Assembly: GCA_963764165.1 (NCBI GenBank)
Contig: CAVXRD010000003.1
Location: forward strand, 672,001-736,000
Direction of reading: 5' to 3'
DNA from: an uncultured Verrucomicrobiae bacterium
GTDB lineage: Bacteria; Verrucomicrobiota; Verrucomicrobiia; Limisphaerales; Palsa-1400
Length of the DNA: 64,000 nucleotides
In this document: positions 54,701 to 62,922 of the stretch, one piece after another
How the letters are laid out: each line of letters starts with the position of its first letter
Numbering within the stretch: position 1 is the stretch's first letter
Program-made: the position numbers and the translations under genes
The notes under the pieces: generated by a model
The model's input: only the letters and a program-made list of their open reading frames with translations
What the model was told of the DNA's origin: nothing
Database searches by the model: none

Positions 54701-57700
54701 TGGGCGTCCGCGCGGCCTGTTCATTGAACAATTGGGCGAGCGTCTTTTCGCGCGGGTATTCCAGTTGCGTGCGATTCCATTCATTCAGAATCGTCTCCGA
54801 TTCCGCCGGGGTCAAAATAGACAGCTTGGACAGGGGCTGTTCCGGCGCCGCGACCAGAGACTGCAGAGCGGTTTCCACATGCCCCAGCATCCGTTGCGCC
54901 GTGGCGCGATTGAACAAATCCGTTGCGTATTCCAATCGGAAAACCGGCCCCAGTTCGTTGTCAAGAAGGCAGAAACGCAGGTCGTATCCCTCCACGATGG
55001 ATGGCGCCTCGGTCGCGAAAAAGACCTGCGCAATCGGGTGATATGAAGAATCCGCCGATGGGCAAATTTGCGCGATGACGTCCTTGAACGGGATTTGCGA
55101 ATGCTGGACGGCGGCAGTTTTGGCGGTGCGAACGCGGTCGAGCAAATCACGGCCCGTCATTTCCGCGGCCATGCGAGTGCGGACCACGGCAATGTTGGCT
55201 TTATGGTCACTGCCCGTTTGCAAGCCAACCGGCAGATCGTCCTGCCCGGAATACCGGTTTAAAACGACATCGAGGGCGGCCAGCGCCAAGGCGGCCCGGT
55301 CGCCGGTTTCCATTTTTGACGCCAGCGAGCGCGGCAAAGGCCGGGTTTCTGTGGCCACCGCTTTGGATAATACCGCTGGACGAGTGCGGTCGGTGGGCAA
55401 TTCCAAAAGTGCGGGTGCGCCCGCCAGCTCACGCTTCCAGAAATCCATATCGAGTTCCCTGCTTTGCTCCAGAACTTTCTTCAGTTCGGCTGCTGTTTCA
55501 TCCACCCAGGGCTCCTCCAAAACCTTCTCATGGGCGCCCTGGACGATGGTGATATTGACTCCGCGGCGGGCGAAATCGCCCCAGCCGTAATCCTGCTCGA
55601 AAGAGCACCATAACGGGTGGCCCGGGCTGCGGAACAGGTGAACACGGCCTTCGTATGGTTTTGGATGAAACTTTCGCAAGGCCAGAATATGGCTTTGCCA
55701 CAATGCGCGCTGGTCAGCCGGAATGGTGGCAAGGTCAACCAGATTTTCCGCGTCATTGGCGGCCGAGCCATTGCCGCCGCCGCCAAGCAAACGGGAAAGC
55801 TTTTGTTTGACACGGCGCGTTTTCCAGAGAATGAAATCGTGGCGCTGGGCCGGGGTCCATTGCCGGCAGTAATCGGCCCAGTAAACCAGATTTTTGGCGA
55901 ACCGCAGCCCCCACGCAGGGGTATAACTGAATTGGGTGTAGCTCGAGTTCGGCGGAGCGCAATTGAGCAGCGCCAGCAAGGCGACTTTTTCGCCCTGCGC
56001 CTCGATTTGCCGCGCCATTTCAAAGGCCACGTTTCCACCGAAACAATATCCGCCGAGATAGTAGGGGCCGTGCGGCTGGATGCGGCGCATATCCTTGACA
56101 TATTGCGCGGCCATTTCCTCCATGGTGTCGAATTCCTGGTGGCCGTTCAGCCCGCGGGAACTCAATCCGTAGACAGGCTGGTCCGCGCCAAGCCGGCGGG
56201 CAAGATTCACGTAGCCCCAGAACATTCCGCCACCCGCTCCGTGGACGAGAAATAACGGAGGCTGTGTTCCCTTGGGCTGCAACTCGACAACAGACGTTCC
56301 GGCGGTGGCGCTTTCGTCGCGAATCTCGTCACGCACCACCACTGCCAGCTTCTCCACGGTCGCCGCGGTAAAGATCGCCGCGAGCGGCAGTTTTTTCCCG
56401 AAGGCCTTCTCAATGCGCGCGGAAACTTTGACGGCCAGCAGCGAATGGCCGCCCAGATCGAAAAAATTATCCTCGATGCCAACGGGTTCGACGCCCAGCA
56501 CGCTTTCCCAAATGCGGCACAGCTCCAATTCGACAGCGTCCCTCGGTGATGCGTATTTGCGCGTCAATGTGGGACGGGCGTGGTCCGGCTCCGGCAGGGC
56601 GCGGCGATCCACTTTCCCGTTGTGTGTCAGCGGAAGGGATTCGATTTGCACGAACGCCGAAGGAATCATGTATTCCGGAAGATGTTCGCCAAGAATGGCG
56701 CGCAACTGATTCGGCTTGGGCGCGAGTTTTCCATCCGGGACATAGTAGGCCACCAGGCGGGTCTGGCCGGCTCCGGAGCCGCAGACTTTGACCGCGCATT
56801 CGCGCACGCCAGGGCAGCGTCCCATCACGGCTTCGATTTCGCCCAACTCGATGCGATAACCGCGCAGCTTTACCTGGTTATCGATGCGGCCCAAATACTC
56901 GACGTTCCCATCCGGGAGCCAGCGGGCGAGGTCCCCGGTGCGATAGAGGCAGACACAGGGGCTGTCTGCGCTAAATTGATGAAGAACAAATTTCTCAGCG
57001 GTGAGCTCCGGACGATTCCAGTAGCCCTTGGCCAACCCGTCGCCACCGGTATACAACTCGCCCGGAACGCCAATTGGGACCGGATTGCGATTCGCGTCAA
57101 GTATATAAACCTGGGTATTCGAGAGCGGCTTGCCAATCGGCACGTTCGTCGCATTTTCTGGAATGTCGCGCAGGAGAGCGCAACAGGTGAATGTCGTGTT
57201 CTCGGTCGGGCCGTAACCATTGACGAGGCGGTGCGGCGGGCGGTCTTTGAGCACCGCGCGCACCCATCGCGCATCCAGCGCTTCGCCGCCGGCCATCACG
57301 GTCCGCATGGTGGCAAACGCGCCGGGAACCTCCGAGGCCACCTGGCTGAACAATGCCGAGGTCAGGAACATCGCGGTGATGCCCTGCTCGCGCAATTCCG
57401 CCGCAAAATCCTTCGGCGAGAGCGCAATGTCCGTTGCGATGCCGCGCAATTGCCCGCCGTTGAGCAGCGAGCCCCAAATTTCAAACGTCGCCGCGTCGAA
57501 AGACATGTTCGACACTTGGGCGATGCGGTCGGTCGCATCCAGCTGGATATAGTTCGTCTTGAAAACCAAACGATTCACGCCGAGATGCGGCACGGCCACG
57601 CCCTTGGGCTGGCCTGTCGAGCCGGAGGTGTAAATGATATAGGCGGTGTCCGTCGGCTTGGTGCGATTTGGAAGATTCTCGGCGCTCTCGCGCTGGATTT

Positions 57701-59555
57701 CGTCCGCATCGGCATCGAGGCAAATCGCGCGCAGGCCGCGATGCGGCAAGTGCCGCAGCAAGCTTTGCTGTGTCAATAATACACCGGTTCGCGTGTCGCT
57801 GAGCATGAAGGCCAGGCGTTCCTTCGGATAACGCGTGTCCATCGGAACATACGCCCCGCCCGCTTTCAAAATCGCCAGCAGCCCGATGATCATGCTGGGC
57901 GAGCGCTCCATGCAAATGGCGATGGGCGCGGCTGGGTCAAATTTCTGCCGCGCGATGACGCGGGCAAGCCGATTGGCGCTTTCGTTCAATTCGCCATACG
58001 TCATCGTCTCCCGGCCGAACACCAGCGCCACCGCGGCCGGCGTCGCCCGGGCCTGCGCCTCGAACAATTCGTGAATGCATTGCTGGCGCGGATAATCGGT
58101 CGCGTTGTCGTTCCATTCCACCAGCACGCGGCGGCGTTCGGCTTCGCCCAAAATCGGCAAATCCGAAAGGCGGCGCACCGGTTCGATCACCACGCTGCGA
58201 AGCAGATTCTCGTAATGCTCCAGCAGCCGTTCCATGGTCCCCTGCTCGAAAAGGTCGCAATCGTATTCCACCAAAGCCACCATTGAGCTGCCAAAATCCT
58301 GCACCACAAACGTCAAATCGAATTTCGCCGTCCCCGTATCGGTCTCGACGTGCTCCACCTGCAATCCCGGCAGCGTCATCGCGCCGTTGTTGACAGTCTT
58401 GGCCTGCAGCGCGAACATCAGCCGCGTGAAGGCCAGATGCGCCAGCGAGCGTTCCGGGCGAAGCGATTCCACGACGCGTTCAAAGGGCAAATCCTGATGC
58501 GCGTAAGCGCCGAGGGCCGCAGCCCGCACGCGCTGGAGCAATTCATCAAAGGTCGGGTTGCCCGCGAGGTTGGCGCGGAGCAAAAGCGTATTGACAAAGA
58601 ATCCGATGAGCCCCTCGGTTTCAAGGCTGTTGCGCCCCGACACCGGCGTTCCAACCACGACGTCCTCAAGGCTTGTGTAACGATGCACCAGCGCCTGGAA
58701 CGCGGCCATCAACACCATGAAAAGCGAGGACTGCCGTTCCGCGGACAATTGTTTCAAACGCGGGCCGAGGTCCGGGCTTAACCGGCGCGTCACCGTCCGT
58801 CCCCGAAAAGCCGGAGTGCGCTCGCGCGGCTTGTCAGTCATCAATTCCGTGATCGGCGGAGAGCCGGCCAGTTGCGTTTTCCAATATTGGAGCTGGTCCT
58901 GAACGGACTCGCCGCTGAGCTTCTGCTTTTGCCAGTCGGCGTAGTCGGAGTATTGAATCGGCAGCTCGGGCAATTGCGCTTTGCGGTTTTCGATTTGCGC
59001 TTTGTAAAATTCTTCCAGCTCGCGAAACAGCACATTCAGCGACCACTCGTCGGAGGCGATGTGATGCAGATTCAGCACCAGCATGTGATCGTTGGAGGCA
59101 AGGCGCACCAATGACGCCCGCAGCAGCGACTCCGTGCTGGCCAGATTGAACGGGCGGCGGACTTCTTCGCGGATCCATTTGTCCGCCTCCGCCGCATTGG
59201 GCATGTCCACGACGCGCAGCGCGAAATCGAATTGGTTCGAAATCACCTGCACCGGCGTTTCCGCCGAGCAAACGAAACGGGTGCGCAGCGTCTCGTGGCG
59301 CTTGATGATGTTCCTCAAGGACTGATCGAGAGCGATTACGTCCAGCGAGCCTGTCAGGCGCAGGACGGACGGAACATTGTAAAGGGGGCTGTTCGGATGC
59401 AGTTGATCCAAAAACCACAACCGCTGCTGGGCGAAGGAAAGCGGGCTTTGGTTTTCGCGGCGCGAGGCCTGCCGCAAGCGCTCGGCCAATCTGGCTCTTT
59501 TCTCTTCCGCGGTCTGTGCGGGCGCTGGTTCTACTGGGGAGGTAGAGGTAGTCAT
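48738..59555 (-). CDS. Non-ribosomal peptide synthetase: C-A-T-TE-(half C)-A-T-C-FkbH-T-TE
   Basis: HHIASDEWS and HHAVSDGWS; two A domains (YTSGSTG, YGPTE, TGD, PLT.NGKVDR); three GGHSL carrier domains; two GYCFG TEs; FkbH motifs LDCDNTLW, DDNPVE, LSCRALGR. Confidence 0.93.
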   Translation of the reverse strand: MTTSTSPVEPAPAQTAEEKRARLAERLRQASRRENQSPLSFAQQRLWFLDQLHPNSPLYNVPSVLRLTGSLDVIALDQSLRNIIKRHETLRTRFVCSAETPVQVISNQFDFALRVVDMPNAAEADKWIREEVRRPFNLASTESLLRASLVRLASNDHMLVLNLHHIASDEWSLNVLFRELEEFYKAQIENRKAQLPELPIQYSDYADWQKQKLSGESVQDQLQYWKTQLAGSPPITELMTDKPRERTPAFRGRTVTRRLSPDLGPRLKQLSAERQSSLFMVLMAAFQALVHRYTSLEDVVVGTPVSGRNSLETEGLIGFFVNTLLLRANLAGNPTFDELLQRVRAAALGAYAHQDLPFERVVESLRPERSLAHLAFTRLMFALQAKTVNNGAMTLPGLQVEHVETDTGTAKFDLTFVVQDFGSSMVALVEYDCDLFEQGTMERLLEHYENLLRSVVIEPVRRLSDLPILGEAERRRVLVEWNDNATDYPRQQCIHELFEAQARATPAAVALVFGRETMTYGELNESANRLARVIARQKFDPAAPIAICMERSPSMIIGLLAILKAGGAYVPMDTRYPKERLAFMLSDTRTGVLLTQQSLLRHLPHRGLRAICLDADADEIQRESAENLPNRTKPTDTAYIIYTSGSTGQPKGVAVPHLGVNRLVFKTNYIQLDATDRIAQVSNMSFDAATFEIWGSLLNGGQLRGIATDIALSPKDFAAELREQGITAMFLTSALFSQVASEVPGAFATMRTVMAGGEALDARWVRAVLKDRPPHRLVNGYGPTENTTFTCCALLRDIPENATNVPIGKPLSNTQVYILDANRNPVPIGVPGELYTGGDGLAKGYWNRPELTAEKFVLHQFSADSPCVCLYRTGDLARWLPDGNVEYLGRIDNQVKLRGYRIELGEIEAVMGRCPGVRECAVKVCGSGAGQTRLVAYYVPDGKLAPKPNQLRAILGEHLPEYMIPSAFVQIESLPLTHNGKVDRRALPEPDHARPTLTRKYASPRDAVELELCRIWESVLGVEPVGIEDNFFDLGGHSLLAVKVSARIEKAFGKKLPLAAIFTAATVEKLAVVVRDEIRDESATAGTSVVELQPKGTQPPLFLVHGAGGGMFWGYVNLARRLGADQPVYGLSSRGLNGHQEFDTMEEMAAQYVKDMRRIQPHGPYYLGGYCFGGNVAFEMARQIEAQGEKVALLALLNCAPPNSSYTQFSYTPAWGLRFAKNLVYWADYCRQWTPAQRHDFILWKTRRVKQKLSRLLGGGGNGSAANDAENLVDLATIPADQRALWQSHILALRKFHPKPYEGRVHLFRSPGHPLWCSFEQDYGWGDFARRGVNITIVQGAHEKVLEEPWVDETAAELKKVLEQSRELDMDFWKRELAGAPALLELPTDRTRPAVLSKAVATETRPLPRSLASKMETGDRAALALAALDVVLNRYSGQDDLPVGLQTGSDHKANIAVVRTRMAAEMTGRDLLDRVRTAKTAAVQHSQIPFKDVIAQICPSADSSYHPIAQVFFATEAPSIVEGYDLRFCLLDNELGPVFRLEYATDLFNRATAQRMLGHVETALQSLVAAPEQPLSKLSILTPAESETILNEWNRTQLEYPREKTLAQLFNEQAARTPTAEALVVGTKRFTYRELYERAATIAKSLQALGVGNQSLVGICLERSEDMVAGILGTLQAGGAYVPLDPTYPKARLAAIAQDAGLRVLLTRERFRELIPASKTQVLLVENIQPISDKTAPLNQAGPNDLAYVLYTSGSTGQPKGVALENRNAVAMVCWAKDAFLPEEYAGMLASTSMCFDLSVYEMFVPLCWGGKIILADNALALPGLPAASEVTLVNTVPSAMRELLRINGVPSSVKVVNLAGEPLATALVEQIYSKTSAKKVYDLYGPTETTTYSTGALRKTGEPATIGRPLANEQVYILDKQMQPLPVGMTGDLYIGGDKVARGYLNRPDLTAERFLPHPYKQGSRIYKTGDVARWREDGNLTYLGRSDHQVKIRGFRIELGEIEIALKANPAVAEVVVIAREDRPGEKYLAAYVVFNAGKTASVDDLRRCTRERLPEFMTPAQFVFLPKLPLTPNGKVDRRALPAPQAGQSEARTGLIAPRTDAEKKVAAAWSEVLGIKDIGATDHFFELGGHSLTAIQVISRLRESLGIELPLSCLFDAPTVEALAAGVDSGRWNHSNAPVPALEPISREGVLPASFMQDQLWFLNQLEPKSDAYNVPTAIRIKCALDVAALQKSLDLIIDRHEALRTTLHFVDGVLSEKIAPSLSVQVWVTEIPGADESKLAGVLQAEAHRSFDLERGPLIRARLARMSATDHALLIVMHHAVSDGWSLDVFFRELETSYRAIVSGNSAPNFAPLPVQYADFAQWQRRWLQGATEQRELAYWRQKLAGAPVAVELPTDSDNAEQTEAKVGRIAVELPQALSAEIVKLSQREGGTPFMVLMAALAITLHKWTGQTDMVLGTVVAGRNRREIEGLIGCFMNFLPLRFKISGAAAGFETLRAVKAEIIESQSHQDCPFEKIVESAKVERRPGCNPLYNVALLYQNTPDLPQFGEGITSAPIVVNTEAALLDLRFEANEMPAGLALTCEYKAGLFHQKSIEQLLASFQSVLQMLAEAPRTVIADVELKAPKRAQPETIAICGTFTAEPIEEPLRFWLDELEISARIKFAPYDQVFQQLLDSQSDLATNRNGLNVLLIRLNDWESNTGASGALTFGQAIKHHADEFVSAVQSAAARGGASMLVCFCPPSRMALAEPAKAEALKDLETALTVTLHGIDGVHVVTSAELSQKYPVADYDDPAGDELGRIPYTPLFFTSLATMLARKFHALRRPPCKVIALDCDNTLWSGVCGEDGPNGIRLEAGRVALQNFVLRQREAGKLLVICSKNDEADVEAVFAKGPAMPILREHISAWRVNWKSKSENIKSIAQELKLGLDSFVLIDDNPVECAEVEGNSPEVLALQLPEDVSAIPQFLDHCWAFDQLKTTAEDKGRAAMYQQNQLREQLQSQSTNFADFIAKLELQVDIAPAAPAQLARVSQLTQRTNQFNVNGKRRTESEVKQLAGVSEIWTVSVKDRFGDYGLVGAMIFSFSGQALVVDSFLLSCRALGRGVEHRMLQALGKAAAQHHSKWVNVPFERLPRNKPALDFLESIGTQFQQGGQYQFPPEFAAKVEFTPRSESPVAPASTEGKSTPAPGAVKKFTKCRAIAAELNDAAKIHQKIEARLALRPGAGGRYVAPQSQIERELCELWQKLLRVERVGTADDFFELGGHSLLAVRLFAQVEKMTGQKLPLVTLFQAPTIGQLAAVLSKAKSAVSHSVVIPIQPNGSKPPLFLVHGAGGDVLWGYANLLVHMDRDQPIFALRSRGQIGLEEFDTIEEMAAYYVQAIRAQQPEGPYYIGGYCFGGNVAYEMGRQLQAEGAQVALMALLDAAPVNVGYESVEWWKPQFFFLFARNTYYWLEDFKQVPARDRWRFVGRKIRSIGRKIAKRIKRKQGEAPVDLEEIIDPALFPENELKLWRKHLQALHRHVQQPCTGNLALFRTRGHPMLCSFAHDLSWGKLTTGEVSVRLIPGSHENIFMEPNVKTLAADLTAALKETQKTTTAENQPALLST

Positions 59556-62500
59556 TTGAGTTCCTTCTCATCCAATTCCAACAGCAACTCTTCAACTTCA
59601 CTGTCGGAAAGCTCGTCGATGCGATCCAAAAGACGCTGGGCTCGCGACGTTTCATTTCGGCGGAGTTCAATGCCAGGCTGCGAGGCAGTTTGCCGTTCCG
59701 CGGACACGACTTCGCGGGCCATTCCCGCGACGGTGGGCGATTCAAAAATGACGCGCACCGGCAATTCGATCTGCAATGCCTTGGCGATGCGGGACACAAT
59801 CTGCGTCGCCAGCAGGGAATGTCCGCCGAGGTGGAAAAAATTGTCGTTGATGCCGATCCGGTCCCGTCCGAGGATTTCACGCCAGATGTCCGCGAGCAAA
59901 ATCTCGGTCGGATTCCGCGGCGCTTCGCAGGCCTCGGCTTCCGCTTTTGCGAGTTCCTCGGGAGCGGGCAGCGCGCGGCGATCCACTTTTCCGTTGGGCG
60001 TCAGCGGCAGCTTGTCCATCGGCACGATATGCGACGGGACCATGTAGGATGGCAGCTTGATCGAAAGAAATTCGCGCAACTGAAGGCTGGCAGGCGACGT
60101 GTCCGCGCGCAGCACGACATAAGCGACCAACTGTTTCGTGCCCGAATGATCTTCCCGCGCCACCACCAGCGCCTCACGCACCGATTCATGGGTCATCAAG
60201 GCGGCCTCGATCTCACCCGGCTCAACCCGGAAGCCGCGAATCTTCACTTGTTCATCTTTGCGCCCGATGAATTCGACATTTCCATCTGGGAGCCAGCGCG
60301 CCAAGTCGCCGGTTCTATAGAGATGCTCCGGGCCGAACGGATTGTGGACAAATTTTGAATCCGTAAGTTCCGGACGATTCACATAACCGCGCGCGACGCC
60401 ATCTCCGCCGATGTAAATTTCCCCGATCGCGCCCTGGGCCACGGGCCTCATGGCAGCGTCCAAAATATAAATTTGCGTGTTCGCGATTGGCCGCCCAATC
60501 GGCACTGAGGCGCGGCCAGCCCAATTTTTTGGCACGCGATAGCAGCAGGTAAATGTCGTGTTTTCGGTCGGGCCGTAACCATTGATAAATTGCGTGTTCT
60601 TCAATTCCCGCACGGCCTTGAGCACATGCGGAACGGATAGCGCCTCGCCTCCGGCCAGCAGGAAACGCAGGCCCTGCAAGCTGGCCAATTGGTTGTCAAT
60701 CATTTGATTGAACCAGCCGGAGGTCAGCCAGAGGGTCGTGATTTTATGCCGCTGCACGAAATGGCCCAATTCCTCCAAGGACGGCATTTGCGGCGGATGC
60801 AAAACCAGTTTCGCGCCGTTGGCCAGGGCGCCCCAAATCTCAAAGGTCGACGCGTCGAACGAAAGAGTCGCCAATTGCAGAAAAACATCGTTTGGGCTGA
60901 ATTCGACAAAGTCCGTATTCCGCACCAAGCGCCCTATTCCGCGATGTGTCACGGCAACCCCCTTCGGCCGGCCAGTCGAGCCGGAGGTATACATGATGTA
61001 GGCCATATCCGTCGCTTTGGGCGCGCGGACTGGGCTGTTGCGGAGACGGCCGCCACCGACCGGCCAATTTGGATTGTCGAGGCAAAGAATCTGTTCGCCA
61101 GGGGCTGGAATGGCGCCACGGTAGCGTTCGCGGGTTACGACAAGGCTGGCCTTCGAGTCTTCCAGCATCATCGCATTGCGGGAAGCTGGATTGGCGGGAT
61201 CGAGCGGAAGATAAACCGCGCCCGTTTTCAAAATCGCGATGAGCGCCACAATCATGTCAAGCGAACGCTCGACGCAAAGGCCGATCACCGTCTCCACCCC
61301 TGCCCCGGCTTCGGTGAGTTTCGCCGCGACCAGGTTGGCGCGATGATTCAACTCGCCATAGGCGATTTCGCCATCTTCGCAGACCAGCGCAATGGCCGCC
61401 GGATTTTTGGCAACCTGCTTCTCGAAAAGCTCATGCGCGCAGGCGTCACGCTCGTATTCGTTCGCCGCACCCAACCCAAGCTTCATCGATTTCTCGCGCT
61501 CCGTGTCGGTTTCCAATTCAAATTCCGAAATGCGCAGCGCGGAATTCGCGAGAATATTTTCAACGAGAACGCGGTATTGCTTCGCCCAGCGCTCAATCGA
61601 GGGCGCGTCATACAAATCCGTGCTGTATTCGATGCGAATATCGAGATGGCGCCTCCCTTCCGTGACCAGCAGCGTGAAATCGAATTTCGCGGCGCCGCTC
61701 TCGAGTTCGACCCGACTGGCGTTCAAGCCAGGGATCGTCCAGCCGTCCGAAAAATCCCGCTGCAAGCCAAAAGCCACCTGGAAGAGCGAATTGGCGGCCA
61801 AATTCCGTTCACCGCCGAGGGCGCGGACGAGATAATGCAGCGGCGGTTGCTGCCCCGCGCCAGCGCTCATCGACGTCTCGCGAACGCGCTTGAGCAGCTC
61901 CGCAAAGGTGGGATTGCCAGCCAGACCGATCCGCAGGGCGCGAGTATTGACAAAGAAACCGATCAGGTTTTCGGTTTCCAATTCGTCGCGTCCCGAGAAG
62001 GGGGAACCAATCACCAAATCTTCCTGCAAAGTGGCGCGTTGAAGCAAAATGGCAAAGGCTGAAAGCAACACCTGGTAGACTGTCGAACCTTCTTTGCGCG
62101 CGAAATCCTTCAGTTTCGCCGCGAGCGGCTCGGGCCAGTTTGCGAACAGCGCCGTCCCGCGATGGCTCGTCATTGCCGGGCGCGGACGGTCTCCCGGAAA
62201 ACTGGTGAGCGGCGGTGCGCCGGCGAGCTGCTTCTTCCAAAATTCCACGCCTTCCCGCATCTGATCGCTCTGGGACATTTCGCGCTGCCACAGCGCGAAA
62301 TTGCCGTATTGAATCGGGAGTTCGGGAAGATCTGACTCACGGCCAGCGTCAAAGGTTTTATAAAGCGCCGCGAGTTCACGAAGGAAAACGCCCACCGACC
62401 ATGCATCGGAAATGATGTGATGCATGTTGATGGCGAGAAGATTCTTCCGGTCACTGACACGGAAAAGGCTCACGCGCATCAGCGGCTCTTGGGTCAAGTC

Positions 62501-62848
62501 GAAGGATTTTCTGGCATCCGCCCCGGCGAGACGGACCGCCTCGGCCTCACCGCTGGCCTGTAGCCGAAGATCGGTAACGGACAGCGGAAAAGGCTTGGGC
62601 GGAAAAACGATCTGGCAGGGCTTGCCATCCTTGGAACCGAGCGCGGTGCGCAAACTTTCGTGGCGGCGCACGATTTCGTTCACGGCATATTGCAGCGCGG
62701 ATAGGTTCAGGGCGCCATCGAGCCACCACGCCTCGGCGATATTGTAGGTTGCCGTGTTGGGCGTGGCTTGCTCAAAAAACCAGAGTCCCTCTTGTGGCCA
62801 TGACAGGGGGAGCACGCCTGCCATATTTTGAACCGATTGGTCCTGCAC
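59552..62848 (-). CDS. Non-ribosomal peptide synthetase, single module C-A-T (Val-type code)
   Basis: HHIISDAWS; YTSGSTGRPKG; pocket residues read by eye as DAFWLGGTFK; FFHLGGHSL. Confidence 0.93.
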   Translation of the reverse strand: MQDQSVQNMAGVLPLSWPQEGLWFFEQATPNTATYNIAEAWWLDGALNLSALQYAVNEIVRRHESLRTALGSKDGKPCQIVFPPKPFPLSVTDLRLQASGEAEAVRLAGADARKSFDLTQEPLMRVSLFRVSDRKNLLAINMHHIISDAWSVGVFLRELAALYKTFDAGRESDLPELPIQYGNFALWQREMSQSDQMREGVEFWKKQLAGAPPLTSFPGDRPRPAMTSHRGTALFANWPEPLAAKLKDFARKEGSTVYQVLLSAFAILLQRATLQEDLVIGSPFSGRDELETENLIGFFVNTRALRIGLAGNPTFAELLKRVRETSMSAGAGQQPPLHYLVRALGGERNLAANSLFQVAFGLQRDFSDGWTIPGLNASRVELESGAAKFDFTLLVTEGRRHLDIRIEYSTDLYDAPSIERWAKQYRVLVENILANSALRISEFELETDTEREKSMKLGLGAANEYERDACAHELFEKQVAKNPAAIALVCEDGEIAYGELNHRANLVAAKLTEAGAGVETVIGLCVERSLDMIVALIAILKTGAVYLPLDPANPASRNAMMLEDSKASLVVTRERYRGAIPAPGEQILCLDNPNWPVGGGRLRNSPVRAPKATDMAYIMYTSGSTGRPKGVAVTHRGIGRLVRNTDFVEFSPNDVFLQLATLSFDASTFEIWGALANGAKLVLHPPQMPSLEELGHFVQRHKITTLWLTSGWFNQMIDNQLASLQGLRFLLAGGEALSVPHVLKAVRELKNTQFINGYGPTENTTFTCCYRVPKNWAGRASVPIGRPIANTQIYILDAAMRPVAQGAIGEIYIGGDGVARGYVNRPELTDSKFVHNPFGPEHLYRTGDLARWLPDGNVEFIGRKDEQVKIRGFRVEPGEIEAALMTHESVREALVVAREDHSGTKQLVAYVVLRADTSPASLQLREFLSIKLPSYMVPSHIVPMDKLPLTPNGKVDRRALPAPEELAKAEAEACEAPRNPTEILLADIWREILGRDRIGINDNFFHLGGHSLLATQIVSRIAKALQIELPVRVIFESPTVAGMAREVVSAERQTASQPGIELRRNETSRAQRLLDRIDELSDSEVEELLLELDEKELK

Positions 62849-62922
62849 GGTTTAAAGAGTAGGAATTTGCGGATTAAATAAACAGTAGGTGATGACCTAA
62901 CCTCGCATGGTGGAAACCCCGC

